A DNA stretch of 64,000 nt. Source: Cycas panzhihuaensis. Lineage: Eukaryota; Plantae; Cycadophyta. How positions within the stretch are numbered: the first letter of the stretch is position 1; each line of letters opens with the position of its first letter. A program made the position numbers and the translations under genes. Where the stretch lies: the NCBI GenBank assembly GCA_023213395.1, contig CM041465.1:249123741-249187740 (forward strand). Reading direction: 5' to 3'. The notes beneath the pieces were generated by a model, which was given only the letters and a program-made list of their open reading frames with translations, did no database searches and was not told where the DNA came from. This document shows, one piece after another, positions 1 through 13,900 of this stretch.

Positions 1-944
1 TGAGTTTGTCTTGTTCGTTTAAAGCCAAAACAAAAGAGGCCATCTTCAGAACTAAAGACTGCAGACACCAACACTAAATGCAACAAACTCTGAAGATGGA
101 GGATCGTACGACTATAGGAAAATCCATACAAAAGCGCAATTGTACGGAATGAGGCAAAACTAGGTTCAACAAAAAGCTCTTGAGACGTAGATTCAAAATA
201 TATAAAAATTTACGAGAGATCTTGTCTGATTTGTTCAAAATCTACCCCAAAAACAAAAATTGGCGACTAGGTTTTTCTTAAAAAAAAATTTGTAACTCAA
301 TAAATTTGATGTTAGAATCTTCAAAATTGTATGCAAAAGATCTATTACATACAGAGGAAGATTTTTGCGCAGGTATTACCTCGATTTTCTAAGGATTTTC
401 AGTGAAACCTTCAATTTTTTCTTCAAACACATGCAAGACTGAAAACTCGTAAAACACCCTCAAAATTGAATCGAGCCTTTACGAAAAAGTGATGTGCTAC
501 TCAAAAGGAATATGTTGCCCAAATTTCAATGAATTCTGAGCAAATCAAATTTTGCAAGTTGCACATGTTTGTACAGTTCCTTAAAGCAAAAAGACATGTT
601 CTTCTTCAATCTCTCTCCTTTGAAATTCAATTGATGACAAACAATTACCAGAGTTCTTCTACTCTTCTCTCACAAACCCTAGAAGGGCTGGAGAAATTTG
701 AGTATGACTCCCGCTCTGATACCATGATAAATTTGGAGAATGAAATTTGATATTTCAGTCGAGCGAATCTCTTTCAATAAATACAAGGAGATTAAGTAAC
801 CACTTACCACATGTAAGCCACTTGTCAATTTTCCAACAAAGGGATGGTGCCACATAACCCTCATTAAAGTTACATCAATATCCTAGATAAAATATTACTT
901 TAAGATCTCCTAATCTACTCTAAATCACGCTTTTCTTTTTAACA
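1..944 (-). mobile_element. Ty1/Copia element J, 5' end (5' LTR, PBS, leader, Gag start); continues left of the window
   Basis: PBS GCTCTGATACCA at 713-724 (= TGGTATCAGAGC, tRNA-iMet) abuts a ~220-bp TG...CA LTR (725-944). ATG at 43-41 gives MASFVLALNEQDKL, matching the Gag starts of D (MASGLFSLPELEKL) and E (MASSTSSLPESDKL). Confidence 0.85.
725..944 (-). repeat. 5' LTR of Copia J
   Basis: Directly adjacent to the PBS; contains the TAGATAAAA(T/C)ATTAC motif shared with the D, E and solo LTRs; similar length. The right boundary (...TTAACA) is inferred without a partner LTR. Confidence 0.65.
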
Positions 945-2783
945 AGAGTAAAATCATCATCTTTCATTACATTTGAAGCAGCTTTTGAATCTTTCTTTGC
1001 TAGGTGTTTGGTCTCGGTTCTATTCCTTGGGCAGTCACTCAAAAAATGACCATACTAATGGCACAAATTACATCTATAAGGCAGCTGATCATAGTCAATG
1101 TCCAAGGACCATGAATGGTCACCCAAAATAATATCAATCTAATATGGGAAGCCATCAGAGAAGTCGATCTCAACACAAATATGAGCAAAGGAAGTGATTT
1201 TACACTAAAATGTGGCTTCTAAACTCCTCAAAAATCAACCAACAAAAGACCTAATCGCTTCAAAAGATTCATTGCTCCACAAATGAAGCAGAAAAAATGG
1301 TAACTTTACCTAGATCGAGATTGTGCTGGGGATCTCTTGCCTAGGGTCATAGGTGGGGTCCCAGTACTCCATGTATAACCCACCATGAGCGATAACCCAT
1401 AACCCTTTTCAAAAATTATATTCCTGCCATGAGCATTTTAAAAATCAACCACAAAAAATCCATGGCCCACACTACAAATCTCTAACGCCTCGGAGATGAC
1501 AGCAACAAATTCACACAGATCCAAGAATGCAGGCCCTTAGGGGACAACCATAAATTTGAAAGCCTACATATCATACCACCAATGGATATAGACATAAAAT
1601 CATCAGAAAGATGGTTAGGGTTGAGAATAATATGTGGGATGCATGCTTTACATTTGATGCATGTGCCTTTGAACACAGGCCACTCATTCACCGATCAAGG
1701 CATGCCTTCCTCCAAATGGGACACACCCTCTCCAAGAGGGATGCACAACTAGAACGTGCACCGAAAAAAACCTCTTTTGCTTCAATGTACAATGAATCTT
1801 AGGATAGAACTTCTCTCAAATTGATCACACACCATACAAGCCATTTCCATGGTAGGTCCCACCTTAGATCTTATTATAGAAGACACCAATCAAAAATCTA
1901 GCCTCGACCCATTATCGTCAAGGTCATGATCTACTTTCCTCTAAATTTTGGTTCGAATCCATTGCTTCTACACAATGCAATGCATAATTGAAATTTTGGG
2001 AGAGCGCCCAAGGAAAGCTTATCCAAGATGAACACTACTTATGTTCTTGATAAGAGTGTACCTAGACCACAATCGCAAAGACTTTTTAAATGCATACAAT
2101 TCACGTTAATAATTAAAAATTGATGTACGCATTAGCATATAAACCAAATCACATTTCATTCATGATTATAGTTTTTAGTCTTGACAATAGATGCTAACAT
2201 CTAACCCTAGCCAACTTTTAAAGCTTGGTAAATTTCACTATCTATCAGACCTTGTTGCATATTAACAACATGTATCATCAAAATACAATACAACCAAGGT
2301 TGATTAACTTGCAAGAGCCCAAAGAACATGCGCAGATACAAACTCAATTTATGAATAGCATGACAATAAAATTTCTACAAATGATGAATATGAACCAACT
2401 AAAAACTATGCAAGCTATCATTCCCTCTATATCCATAATAGCTCTATGCATTATAACTCTAGTACTCTAGTTAGTTCCACCACCAACAATACTACAAACA
2501 AGAGTACACCAAAAGAATCAATGCCTGCTTCAATACTAGACCATAACACCATCATCAACCCCAAAAGAAAAAATGGAACCTCCTATGCTACTACTAACAC
2601 CACTAGAGATTACTAACACGCCAACTTAGCTTAACACACAACTGCTTACCATCTCCAACAACATACAATTGTCATCGACTGTGAATCTCATGTCAAATAC
2701 CTCTTTGTCCAAGGGATCTCTCTCTTCGCCATGTGGCTCTACAGTGTCATTTGCACCGCTAGTGATATGTATGTACATCACCA

Positions 2784-3014
2784 TGTTAGGAAATTACTCA
2801 GAGATGGAAGAAAATTGCTTGAATGATTATGGAGGAGTGAAGTCCTGAATATATACAATTAGGATTTGTAACCCCCAAAAAACTAACTATAACCGAAACA
2901 CGAAATGGTGACACTTGTCTGACATGTGTCCAACATAAACTTATAAGTTACATCTTTGAGGGGTCTATTACATTACCCCTTTAGACTCCTAAGATAAAAC
3001 ATTACATTCTAACA
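2784..3014 (-). mobile_element. Solo LTR of a short-LTR Copia family (D/E/J-like)
   Basis: TGTTAG...CTAACA termini; perfect TSD CACCA (2779-2783 and 3015-3019); ends AGATAAAACATTACATTCTAACA like the D LTR. Confidence 0.9.
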
Positions 3015-4599
3015 CACCAACCCATGAACAAAAAGAGCAGTCAAAGGTTTTCCCTCACACCTTGTTGAAAAGAGCTCAAACTTACAAAAAGCAAGCAAAT
3101 GCCACTCTCATGCATTCAACAAAGGTTACGAATGCATATAGAAGTATTCTTGAGTTTCTAGCAAGTTTTTCCCCTCTACAAGCAACCCATCATAATATTG
3201 TGCAACTTACTACTACACATCACATAAAGAAAGGGCTTAATCAACTTAACTCTACCCTATGTGATTCTTCTTTAGTGGCCAAAGGATGCCCATTTTCAAG
3301 GACACACTTCTTGGTATTAGGGCATATCATACAACTTCATACCTAGTAGACAAGAAGAGCGTGTCATAGTTCTCCAAAGCCATGATGGACCAACAGTTTC
3401 ATATTCACCGAGGCCCATGAAATTAGGGGCAATTTTATCTAGAAAAGAGAGGAATTTATAAGTTCTATTATGCATATCATGCACCACAAATGTGCTATGG
3501 TTCATAATACATGGAGCTAGCTACTTTTCAGGTAGATTTAAGTATGTTTTTATAATAAGTATGGGTCCTCTTGTACTTAAGCTAAACCACAAATTAAGAG
3601 AGTGAGTTACTTTAGATTGTGAGTCAATAGATTCCATATGTGAACCCACCCAACTTTAATCTTGCATTTTTAAAAGAGAAAGGGGGTGCACTTTGTAATT
3701 AGAATGGTCTAAAATAAAATCTATATTTTGAAAAACTTTGTTCTTATCTATTTCTTAACTTCATCATTTGCTTTAATACATCAATAAATATGAAAACAAA
3801 ATAGATAGAAACATCGATGATATCTCTCTAAGATTTCCAATGTAGAATCCAATAATGCTAATCTTGTAAGCAATCTCTATTTAGGCTATTATCAACGAGA
3901 CAAGCAAACTTCTAAGATAGATGTATACAAGGGCAATAAAGATGAATTGGTAGTGCAAACATGTATTTTGAATGTCTATGATTGCTTGGTTGGGTATGGA
4001 ATAAGCATGGATGATTTAATCACATATGTTAGCATAATGAAAAAACGAGATGACCCCACACACCCAGCGATGTGTTGCTATAGAAAGCCCTATGGTCTAA
4101 TGCTTTGATGTCTATTAGATATCATGAATTATAGATTCATTATAGAAGGACCGGTAATGGACTTGTTATATGACAACCAATCTAAACGGAATGTGATAAT
4201 GATTGGAGATTGCTAGCATTTAATCCTTTCACATGCTTTAAAAGAACACTACTACCTTGCGTTTGGATCTCTCTTGGGTGTCGCAAAGGATGTCCATGTT
4301 TAGCGATAAGTTTAGGTTATGCACCCATAGCACACAAATTTATTTGTTTACCTTCGAGAGGTTGTGCACCACAATAGAACTTAGAACTAAACTTAGTTAA
4401 GATTATAGATACATATATTTACCTATGACCTATGGTTGGCCTTCAATAGAAGCCAAGATTGTAACATGTCTTATGTCATAGCGTTGCATGGTTGTACTTA
4501 CGGTTAGAGATAGGGCTAGATCTATTAGTGTCAATTGCAGAGTTTGTGACCTAGTCAGATCATGATTATACTAGACAAGTTAGTTGATCTGAAGTAATA

Positions 4600-6055
4600 T
4601 GTCGATCATATCTACCATAAGGATAGAATTGTGAAACAAACATAACATTTGGGTACTCTTAGTGAGTTGGATCAACAAAATTCAAGATGATCCATAATTG
4701 CATGTGCTCATTGCTGATTCAATCTAACATAAGTGATGTAACACACCAAAATAGATCATTTATTGTTCTTGTGACCCTAAGAGGCACAATGTATTATTAT
4801 GACCCTAATGGGAACTTAGGTGCATAAACAAACAATGCTTAATGGAGGAAGTCATCAATTATGGAAGGGGCATTTATAAGACCATCAAAAGATGGCATGT
4901 AACACTGCACCATACCAGATAACGTTTATTTTCATTTCTTATGACATTTCATGTGCTCATTCCATATAATATATGAGGAGAACTAAATTACGGTGGAAGG
5001 TATTCAAGAATGCATTGTTTGATATTTGATTCTAAAAATGAGCTTGTGAAGAGAGCCACACCAAAGTGAGTTAAAAGAAGCAACTCAATTATGACCTAAT
5101 TGTAGCTATTGACAAAAAATTCCACTTAGAGGAAGCTACTACATGCAACAGTATTGTGAATGCCAGTGCATGTAGCACTATTATGAACTACTATGTGTAC
5201 TTATATTGATTTGGCAACAGTGAACCCAAAGAAGACCAATAGTGGAATTGGTGTGCTCAGATGAACCAACTAATACAATATGACACTATCGAGGTAAGAT
5301 GGTTAGTGGCATGGGCTAACCTCCAATTGCAATTTAAATATTGAGTGGTTGATGGTGGAAGCAATATCATTTCTACCCTCTATGGTGGAATTATTTGACC
5401 ATCATTGATGTTTGGTTTCCTACTTGTTCACTCCTAGATACTCTAATAGCGATTCTCCCTCATTGTCTTCTATTCTCATCCCTTCTCTAATGAAGGAGTA
5501 TCCTTATGTAATATGGAATATTTGATGGAGAATTATTAATGTTTATTAACAGCAAGTTTAGCAATTCCATGAAGTAAACTTCCTATGTTATATAGCAAAA
5601 ATTTTCGATAGCATAAGCCTCTTATATTGTTGACTCTTGTGGGTTGTAATAGGTGGCCTCCTACGAAGTGGTGGTGATGTGTGCAATAAGCATGCCTATT
5701 CATCAAGCACACGACCAATTGATATCTAAACCAATTGTAGGTAGTGTGACATAGTCCTACTAGATCTTGTGCTTGCGGTTATTGCCCAAGCAGCAAGGCT
5801 TAAGGTTGAGTCTTCCTAAAGGATGGAGAATGTAATATGCTTGACATATCTAATATAAGGGCAAAACAGTAAAGCAGATATAACACCTAGGTCCTTTTAG
5901 CAAGTTGGTTCAAGGTGCTCCAAGACACTCCATAGTTAAGTGTTCTCATCATAGGTTCAATCTATGATGTGTCACCATTGGAAACTGGTGGTGATATGTG
6001 CTATAGACAAACCCATGTGCCAAGCATGTGACCTATGGCTGTTGGGAGTGTTACA
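4600..6055 (+). mobile_element. Degenerate Gypsy-like remnant K: PPT and probable 3' LTR (5831-6055)
   Basis: Purine tract AAAGGATGGAGAA (5818-5830) followed by TGTAATAT...GTGTTACA. No partner LTR or readable ORF found; left boundary is arbitrary. Confidence 0.4.
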
Positions 6056-6312
6056 ATGACTAATACCATTCTAGATAGCTTGGACATCCAATCTTTATGG
6101 TAATCCATTTTTATTTTATACTAAGAGTAATCTTCCCCACTTCATAATATAAAAACCATTACAACAAACCAAGAAACAAAGCAATGTACTGTGTCTTATT
6201 ATGTACCCTTTCATGCCCATCTGTTTATAGCATATTTGTTAGTGCACAATTTGAGGAAGCGCATCCTATGCCTAACTTTGAATCAACATCGACAAGTTGA
6301 GATTAAATGTAC

Positions 6313-6428
6313 CCTTGGTTTGTATTGTCTGACAACGTATGCAGCTGCATTTTCTTCAAGTGCTTTAATAACGTTAGAGTTGATGACGGAGGGGCCATCT
6401 CCAAGGACATTGACTGCAATCTATTGTC
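6313..6428 (-). CDS. Next exon of the same host gene
   Basis: 94-bp intron 6522-6429 with acceptor ttttcatgcAG; reads in phase DNRLQSMSLEMAPPSSTLTLLKHLKKMQLHTLSDNTNQ; donor GG|GTacat at 6313/6312 (otherwise stop TAA at 6305-6303). Confidence 0.75.
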
Positions 6429-6522
6429 CTGCATGAAAATTTTGTCTTAGTAAAGAAGAAGAAGAAAAAACTACTCAAGAATTAAGACAATGTAGTGCAA
6501 CTTCAAAAATGCTTAACATCAC

Positions 6523-7809
6523 CTGATTTATATCTCTTTTTGAATTTACATCAGACTGATCCATTGAAAATTCTGAAGATTCCAGCAATGCACGTAAGAT
6601 ATCAACGCCGCCATTCTCTAAAACTAAGAGCCACATTAGTGACTTCATAACAGATATGTATCCTTTACATAACAGCTCTGAACCCATCTGGAACTCTGAA
6701 AACAATTCTCCAGCAAAATAACTCAGCACCACTGCCACACTTTTATTCCCTCGCACAAGCATCTTAGCCATTATATTATTCAATGCAATTCCAATTGGCT
6801 GCATGCAAGAATGGTGTCCAAAAGAATGTAAAAGTTTATGAGTTATATAACCATCATAATCCCGGAGCAGAGGTTGATTCAAAAGTGCTGAATGCCCAGA
6901 TCGTCCTTCTTCCTTTGCAATGTGTACAATTTGTGACAAAGAACAACCAATCAGGTGCAAAATAGCAGCAGGCAAATAAGAACATGAATTAACATTTCTA
7001 CTTGTGTAGCATTGGATATCACTTTTGTGTGCTCCCAAGAATGCTTTCTTCACTAGGCAATGCAAGACACTACTGATTTCATCCCTGCATAACTCATCCA
7101 CAGTAGTTTTAAGCTCCGTGATATACAGGGATAAGGTTTTCAATAGCCTAGATAAATGTCCTCCATTAGGGCTATCAGAAGAATTTCTGTGCGAACTACA
7201 AAAATAATGCCTCTTTAAGCAATCCTTCTCATTCCACATCAGATTGATCACAGAGTCTGAAAACAAATTCAAATCAGTTTGTAAAGCCCCGTATTTGATA
7301 AGACAAAATTCTAATGCAGGATTCTCCAACCATTCATAATCATTGCTCAAATTTGAAACGGAAGAGTGCTTCATGTAAAGCTTCACAGCATTCTCAAATA
7401 CTGAAAAATGCATAGGCAACTCTAACTCCATAGGAAACTCGCCATATGTAGGTAGTGAATCAATGGAAACAGCTTTCGAAACCAAAACTAAACCATGTGC
7501 TACAAAAATTTGCGGAGCCTTATACAAAACCAATGCGTCAAGCAAGAGAACAGCTGCAGGTAGACTAATCCTTCCATTCGCATTATACCCAGAATGCAAA
7601 TCAAATAGTTTATGGATGAAAGTGTCAGAAAGATTGCTTTTACACAGTGAAAGAAGACAATGAACAAATAATGCCTCTAACGAGAGTTCCATCTGTTTTC
7701 CACATAACAATGGCTTTTCAAACCTTGCAAATGAACCAACGGATTCCTTATCCCCATTTACAAAGGATTTGCCTAGACTTGGATGAAGGATAAACTCGTC
7801 CACAAAAAC
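6523..7809 (-). CDS. Large internal exon (1287 bp, phase 0-0) of an uncharacterised land-plant protein
   Basis: Lies within the 447-aa ORF 6475-7818. Acceptor caacAG|GTTTTTGTG at 7810/7809, donor AATCAG|GTgatg at 6523/6522; no stops, non-TE composition. Motifs VFVDEFI, LPAAVLLLD..LYKAPQIFVAH, FENAVKLYMKH recall from memory (unverified) a conserved plant DUF7812-type family. Confidence 0.85.
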
Positions 7810-8549
7810 CTGTTGCAAAGCATGGAATTCAAAAACGATATTTAGACTACGATGCAGAATGGTACATCAAAGATCAAACTCACCCTTCACAACAGTTCAC
7901 AAAAGCATCAGCTCAAACGGGCAAGGGAAAGTGAATGCAATGCTTATTCCAAAAGGAAATCACTCTTTTGCATGTTTTCATCATTCTTATGTGATGTACA
8001 TTTCTAACTGTAGCTGTTGATGTAAAAGTTGTTTAGGGACTGTGTCTAGGTCCAAGGCGTGCTTTTTCCCCTTTTTAATGTTATTTTATCCTTGTCATAC
8101 CCCTTTTTCGTGGTGCGTTATTTATTAATATACATTTTAACATTAAACTAAACTTGATTAGGTGGATGGTTGAGAGCTTTGTTGATTCATTTTTCAATGA
8201 ATCAAATGAACAAACAAAATCCTTGTATAAATATATTACATCATTAATGAGAATGATTGGACTACAGACTTGCGATTTTGACAAAGACATCCTGTGAGAT
8301 AATCGTTTGAGGGCATTTGTGAACCGAGAGCTATGATATCATACATTTATTTTTACCTTTCTTCCGGTCTAAATAATTTATCATATTTCAAGAGGAAGAG
8401 AGCACCGTGTCAAAGATTAAACAAGGAAGATACAAGGCCTGCATCAAATTAGTGGAGCACATGTCGGTTAGTTTGATTTCAACCATTTACGTGTTTTTTT
8501 GGGGGGGCTAATTTAGGGGAATAGGTTAATAAACAATCAAATGTTTACT

Positions 8550-9478
8550 CTTCCATTTTGGCCTCTTGACATCAGAACTAGTTACCGTTGAAAGTTTGGC
8601 TGACATACCTCTACTCATCAACTTACAATCCAAATCATCAAGCCTCAACAATTATCAATTTGTGTTTCCCTCATATGCCTCACACACAGCCAGCATGTTG
8701 CCAATTAACCAAACGAATGCGATATAAATAGCATTTTGACCATTGCTGCATTGATGTGTTAACATTTTTGGATTGATCTTTTTTTTAGAACGCAGTAAAG
8801 TCCATGTGTTTGCCGCCTTCAATGTCATTCAGGCCTGCTTAACGGTATACTGAGTTCATGCACAGACACTAAGTTGTCTTCAGCTTACCTCTTCTCCATC
8901 GGTCTGTCCCTACCATTGGTATCTTAAGCTCTGACAGTCGAAGCTTTGCGGAACTCACCGGATGCTTACTTTGGGCTTTTGAGTTCAAGCACGTATCATT
9001 TTCTTTGTATGTCCAAGACTTGTCACTCAGACGGAGGTTCCAACAGGTGATTTAATCAGAGACTTCCAAATGGCCACAGGAAAGCATACCAACAGTCACC
9101 ATTTGACTGTCTAGTTTATCAATCCCCATGCTGTCATACTTTTGGCCTGCACAATTGTGTAATTCTGTATGCTCTGCAGGTGTCCCGAAGCCGATTTCTG
9201 TATCTTTCACGCCATTGCCATACTTGTCTTGAATTAACGAATGTTAGGACCAATCGACACAATCTGCTATGTGCCTCTCTTGATACTGATTCTGATGTAC
9301 ATTATGCTGAACCTTTGTGACATAAACAATTGGATAATATCGTTTTCTCTCTTAAGATCTATCATTAGTTCTGAGATATTTAGGTTTATGACTAATTGCC
9401 TTACTATATGCATCTTTGAGCTATACTGGGTCTGTTCTTACCATTCACCTCCTTACCGTTTACATTTATAGATTGGAA
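8550..9478 (-). pseudogene. Possible decayed coding exon or gene fragment
   Basis: CpG-retaining non-TE-like sequence; one frame from 9420 to 8889 (~177 codons) has only three stops, all TAA; strong donor AG|GTAAG at 8889/8888. Confidence 0.35.
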
Positions 9479-9851
9479 TCCCGAATGCCATATGCTAATG
9501 ATTTATATACAATTTATTTCTCAATAATGTTGAGATTTAAAATGTTACACATTTTATATTGTTTTTGCAACGGTTAATACAATTCATTTCATAAGTATAG
9601 ACACCCTTCGATTCACATTTTAATCACTCACATTTCAAAAAAAAACTCAGAATTTCAATTTATACCATGCGGTGAGATTGGTTTAAATGTTTTTTTTTTA
9701 ACTTTTTTTTCACATTGATGAATTGCATGAGGTTTAAATAACTAATGTTTGCTTTTACCTCTCGATTAGTGTGTTTGGCATATTGCTGAAGGGGTATAGG
9801 CTAATTCTCTAGGTAAGTTGGAGGTCTATGGTTCAAGTCCTGTTGACTCAC

Positions 9852-10474
9852 TGTGTGCAGGAAGATGAGTCAAAAGATTTAGGGATTTTCAAGGACAAAT
9901 TGGAGTATAATCTGAGTCTTAGGTGGTAATCTAGGTGCAGCCAGGTACAACCAAGTGTGACCAGGAACAACCTGAAGTGCGACCATGTCACAAAGTTTGC
10001 AATACTGGTATAACCAGGTACGACCAGATACAGCCTCAAATACGACCAGGTCGCAGAATTGCAATTTGAATGTGACCTAGATTGCGACCCGAGCCCTGAT
10101 TATGGCTAAAAGATAACCAAACACTCATGTTCCATGTAAATACTATGTAATAAAATTGCTAAGAGATCTGAACGGTTAAACGGTTGATGTAATGAATTAT
10201 GATATACTTTGCATAAAGTAGGCCTGATGTATGTAATGTATGTATCTCATAGTTAGGATTTGTCTTTGTATCTTCCGTTGTAATGGCTTGAGTGGCAACC
10301 CGTAGTAGCCAATTGTGCTGTTTGACCTGCGTCTGGCTGTCAAAGGATCAGAAGCAGCACCCTTTATGAATAATAAAGGCTCTGGTTTGCATTCTAAATT
10401 GGTGTAATTCCATCTTGTGCTTGCTTTATCTGTGTAATGTGCGGAAATTGAAGGTAGAGATAATGCAACACACA
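9852..10474 (+). repeat. 5' LTR of Gypsy A
   Basis: TGTGTGCAGGAAGATGAGTC...GCAACACACA; alignable along its length, with many transitions, to 27237-27875; internal ~10-bp CCAGGTACAA-type repeats. Confidence 0.92.
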
Positions 10475-10960
10475 TTGGTTTCATTGTTGTTTACTTGAAC
10501 CCAAGGGGGGAGATGAGGAGAAAATGATCGAGTAAGGATAATGTGGTCCTTCCATGCCACCGAAAGATGATTCCAGGGTAAAGCAAGAACCAAGGCAGGA
10601 AAGAGGTGATTGTTGGATGATTGAAAGGCTCCAAGAAGGGGTACGTAAACCTAGATTTTTGGTCCAAAAGAAACAAGTGAAGGGGAGACCACCTACAAAG
10701 TCGAATGGGGAAAGAAATTCAACACAAAAAAAGCAAGAAGAAGACGTGAGGTCTACAAAATCCGGAGAAAAAGAGAAATCAAGCCCAGTCCAGCAAGCGG
10801 AAGCCCGGGAAGAGGAAGAAGAAAAGAACCCGAAAGGAAATCAAAGGTGCGCATTGGAGGAGGACCTATTAGAGATGAGAATTTTCAATCAGACTCGAAC
10901 GTGTCCACAATCTTGCATCCTTCTGACTAAAGTAACTCCATAGTCATAAAGGTTTATAGT

Positions 10961-13900
10961 TTGACTAGTGCAGGGTGGGATCACCACATTGTGGAGATAA
11001 GGAATCCCCTTACCCATATTTTGAATCGCTTATTTGATAAAATGGCAGAGAAATTTGTTGGGTCAATCCTACAAGGACCATATACCCACCAAGGAGAAAG
11101 AAGCCTTGGACAAATGAGCAGCACAATTGGGAATTCACCCCGGAGAAATCGCACTAATCCACTGCTATTTAGAAGTGGAATGAATGTGGGTAGCAAAATC
11201 CCAATACAAGGGATATCCCTACGCACACTGGCAGGAGGAGGTAGTAGCCAACCACCAACGGTCGGTACAAGCACACCAAGAGGAATCACGACTGGACAAG
11301 GAGGTCCAACCACAAATGTGGAAACTAGAGCCCAATCAATAGCTCCCTATGTAATCATTCAAAATGAAGCCACTTTTGGTAATTTGCAATTCGATGGGTC
11401 TAGAGATTTGAGAGACCATCTTGCATTATTTACAAATATGTTGAAGATAAAAAGAATCCATGACCAAGAAGAAATTAACACTAGATTTTTTTCTCCATTG
11501 CGAGGAGTCACAATATCTTTGGTACTAGTATGCCTCTTCACAAAATGCAACATGGGATCATAATCAAATTCAATTCTTGGACCAATTCCATAGGTTGAGG
11601 GATCCAATGGCCATATTTCAAGCCCTCGAGGAGATTCACCAATTTCCAGGCAAATCTGTGAGCAATTTTGATGGAACGCAAAGGATAATCATGAACAAGA
11701 TGGAGTCAATGATTCCAGTTAACCCCATGCTTTCATTAAAATATTTTGTTTAAGGATTGGTGCCACAATTGAAGGGAAAAATGATCTTACATCCTATGAA
11801 TAGATATGAGCAAGTGTGAGAATTGACGTTAAAGTTTGAAAATCAAAGGAAACCAGCATATCTGCAACCAACAATGCAGATAACGTCAATGCTAACCAAT
11901 TTTCAACCCTTGGAGGTACAAATGCAATAGCCTAGAGCAAATTGCCAACAAGGGGTGAACATACAAGGAGCACAATTTCAGCAAACAAGATTCATGGCAC
12001 AACATATGCCTCAGATGAGGACAATCCAGAGTTGTGGAGGCCTTAAAGAAAGAAGTGAAAGCTTTAAAACAACAACCACAAATTTCAATGCCAACTGGCA
12101 TTACAACAAAACTAAGAAATTGAAAAGCTATAAATAGAGTTAACCCAACTTCAAATGGAGAAAGGAAGAGATAATGTATGGTGTCCTCCAACTTGTTGTC
12201 AATTAAGCCACTTGAGCAATGAACATCAGGAGACATTCAATATCAAATGAATCTGCCAAAGAAATAATCATAACACCTGGGAGTCTTATTATCACTCACC
12301 CAATAAGGGGCAAGGACAAGGACCAAAGGTTGGGGACGCTTTTTATCAAAGGACAAACCGCAACTTCTTCAAGCAATACAAGGGGAAAACGAAACCCATC
12401 AAGTGCCATTTGTGTTCAAGGTGGGGTCATTTTCACTCTAATTGCCCCTTGGAGAAAAAAGACATGGAATATACCTATGAAGAATGCAGACCAATAGATC
12501 GTGAATGGGCAAGTTGCGGAAAGAATCCCAACACCAAAATTCATAATTCAAATATGGTGACCAAAATCCCTAATAAGGAAATATCCTCTTTTCTGCAAAC
12601 GTAGAGTGGGATGATCACATCAACTCTAGTAGCAAACAATTTTCCAAATCCGACAATGGAGAAAGAACAACTTCAAGAAGTTGTTAAAGCCCTGCAGGAT
12701 GTAATGAAGATTGTCCAACAAGAGGAAATGTAGCAAGGAACTAGATTTGAAGGGCAAACATATAAGAGAAAAACAACTTTTAAAGAGCAGGAGGAAGTGA
12801 CAATATTAAATCCCTGGCAAAGGTTGCAACCAATGAAGCATCTTCTCACAGAATTGAGGATCACCATCCCAATTGCTGCAATTTTTAAATGGTGGGAAGC
12901 TAGCTACTTTCAGCAAGCAGTGCTAGATCAAATAGAAAAGCTAGCATCGAGGGCTTTAAAGAAGGATGTAGTAGATCAAAGGGTGCCAATGAACATCTTT
13001 GGAATGACCATATGCAAAACAATTGAAGATGGGGGGTCGAGAGTAAATGTGTTGCTCTAGACCTCAAGGATTTCACTAGGAAGGTTGGACAGAGTTGCCC
13101 CTGATTACTCCACAAGGTTGGCTAACCAATTGCAAGTACGACCAACGGGCACATTAATCAACTTACCTATAATAATGGTAGGGATCATAGTATTGCTGGA
13201 CTTTGTGGTCGTGAGAATGCGAAATCATAAGCAAACATATATAGCATTACTAATGAGACCTTGGCTGTTAGCCACAAAAGATCTTTAGGATTGGAGGAAA
13301 CTGACATTCACTTTGAACTCAACAGGCAAGAAGGTGACACTATCCATATGTTCAAATAGCCGACAAATCGAGAAAACTCAAGACAAGGATAAAGCTTCCT
13401 CAACAATGGCAAAGCCAATGCCTGCAATAAATCCATGCTAAGAGGTAGCCTATCAGGCTCAAACAACATCGTCATCAATTCCAAGTGATACATCCTCTAC
13501 ATACATACTCAATCGGTTGTTGAATACGTGGGAGGAAACAAAGGTAATCAACTATTACCACTTAGAAATCTACCCAAATTCGTCTTCGAAGCAGACTTTG
13601 ATGAAGATGAAGAGCAACAAACCGAAACTTCATAAGCAAGCCTAGCAAACTTATTCAGAGAAAAGGCAATCTTGAGCATATAGTAAGAGAAGACAATAAA
13701 AGTACAGTTGCAGGCAGTTAAAGCTAATTCTAAACTATTTTCAGAAGTTCTAGAAGAGTTATCTCAATTTTGGGGCAAAGAAGAGATTGCAAATGATGAT
13801 TTAAAACAATGTATTAAAATTTTGAAAAATCAAGGAACGTTGGATGTATATGTTTCTTTTTTGTCTTTCTGTCCAAGCTTTTGCTTAGTATTTAGCACAT

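Noticed and set aside
1000-2100. Possible LINE 3' remnant on the minus strand (C..C...HI....HL peptide)
   Set aside because: Similarity too weak; no RT motif, poly-A tail or TSD identified.
3317-3800. Possible Gypsy integrase scrap and LTR end (TGTGAACCCAC, like the reverse complement of 56686-56696)
   Set aside because: Only an 11-bp match and no boundaries; cannot be delimited.
6475-7818. 447-aa ORF as a complete single-exon gene
   Set aside because: Its start codon is TTG inside an acceptor region, and both ends run into intron; it is an internal exon.
7884-7930. Small upstream exon using donor GG|GTGAGT at 7883
   Set aside because: The phase-0 frame required to join exon 7809 contains a TGA just before the donor.
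8889-9420. TAA stops repaired by U-to-C RNA editing
   Set aside because: Such editing is known from plant organelles only; C>T decay explains the stops in nuclear DNA.
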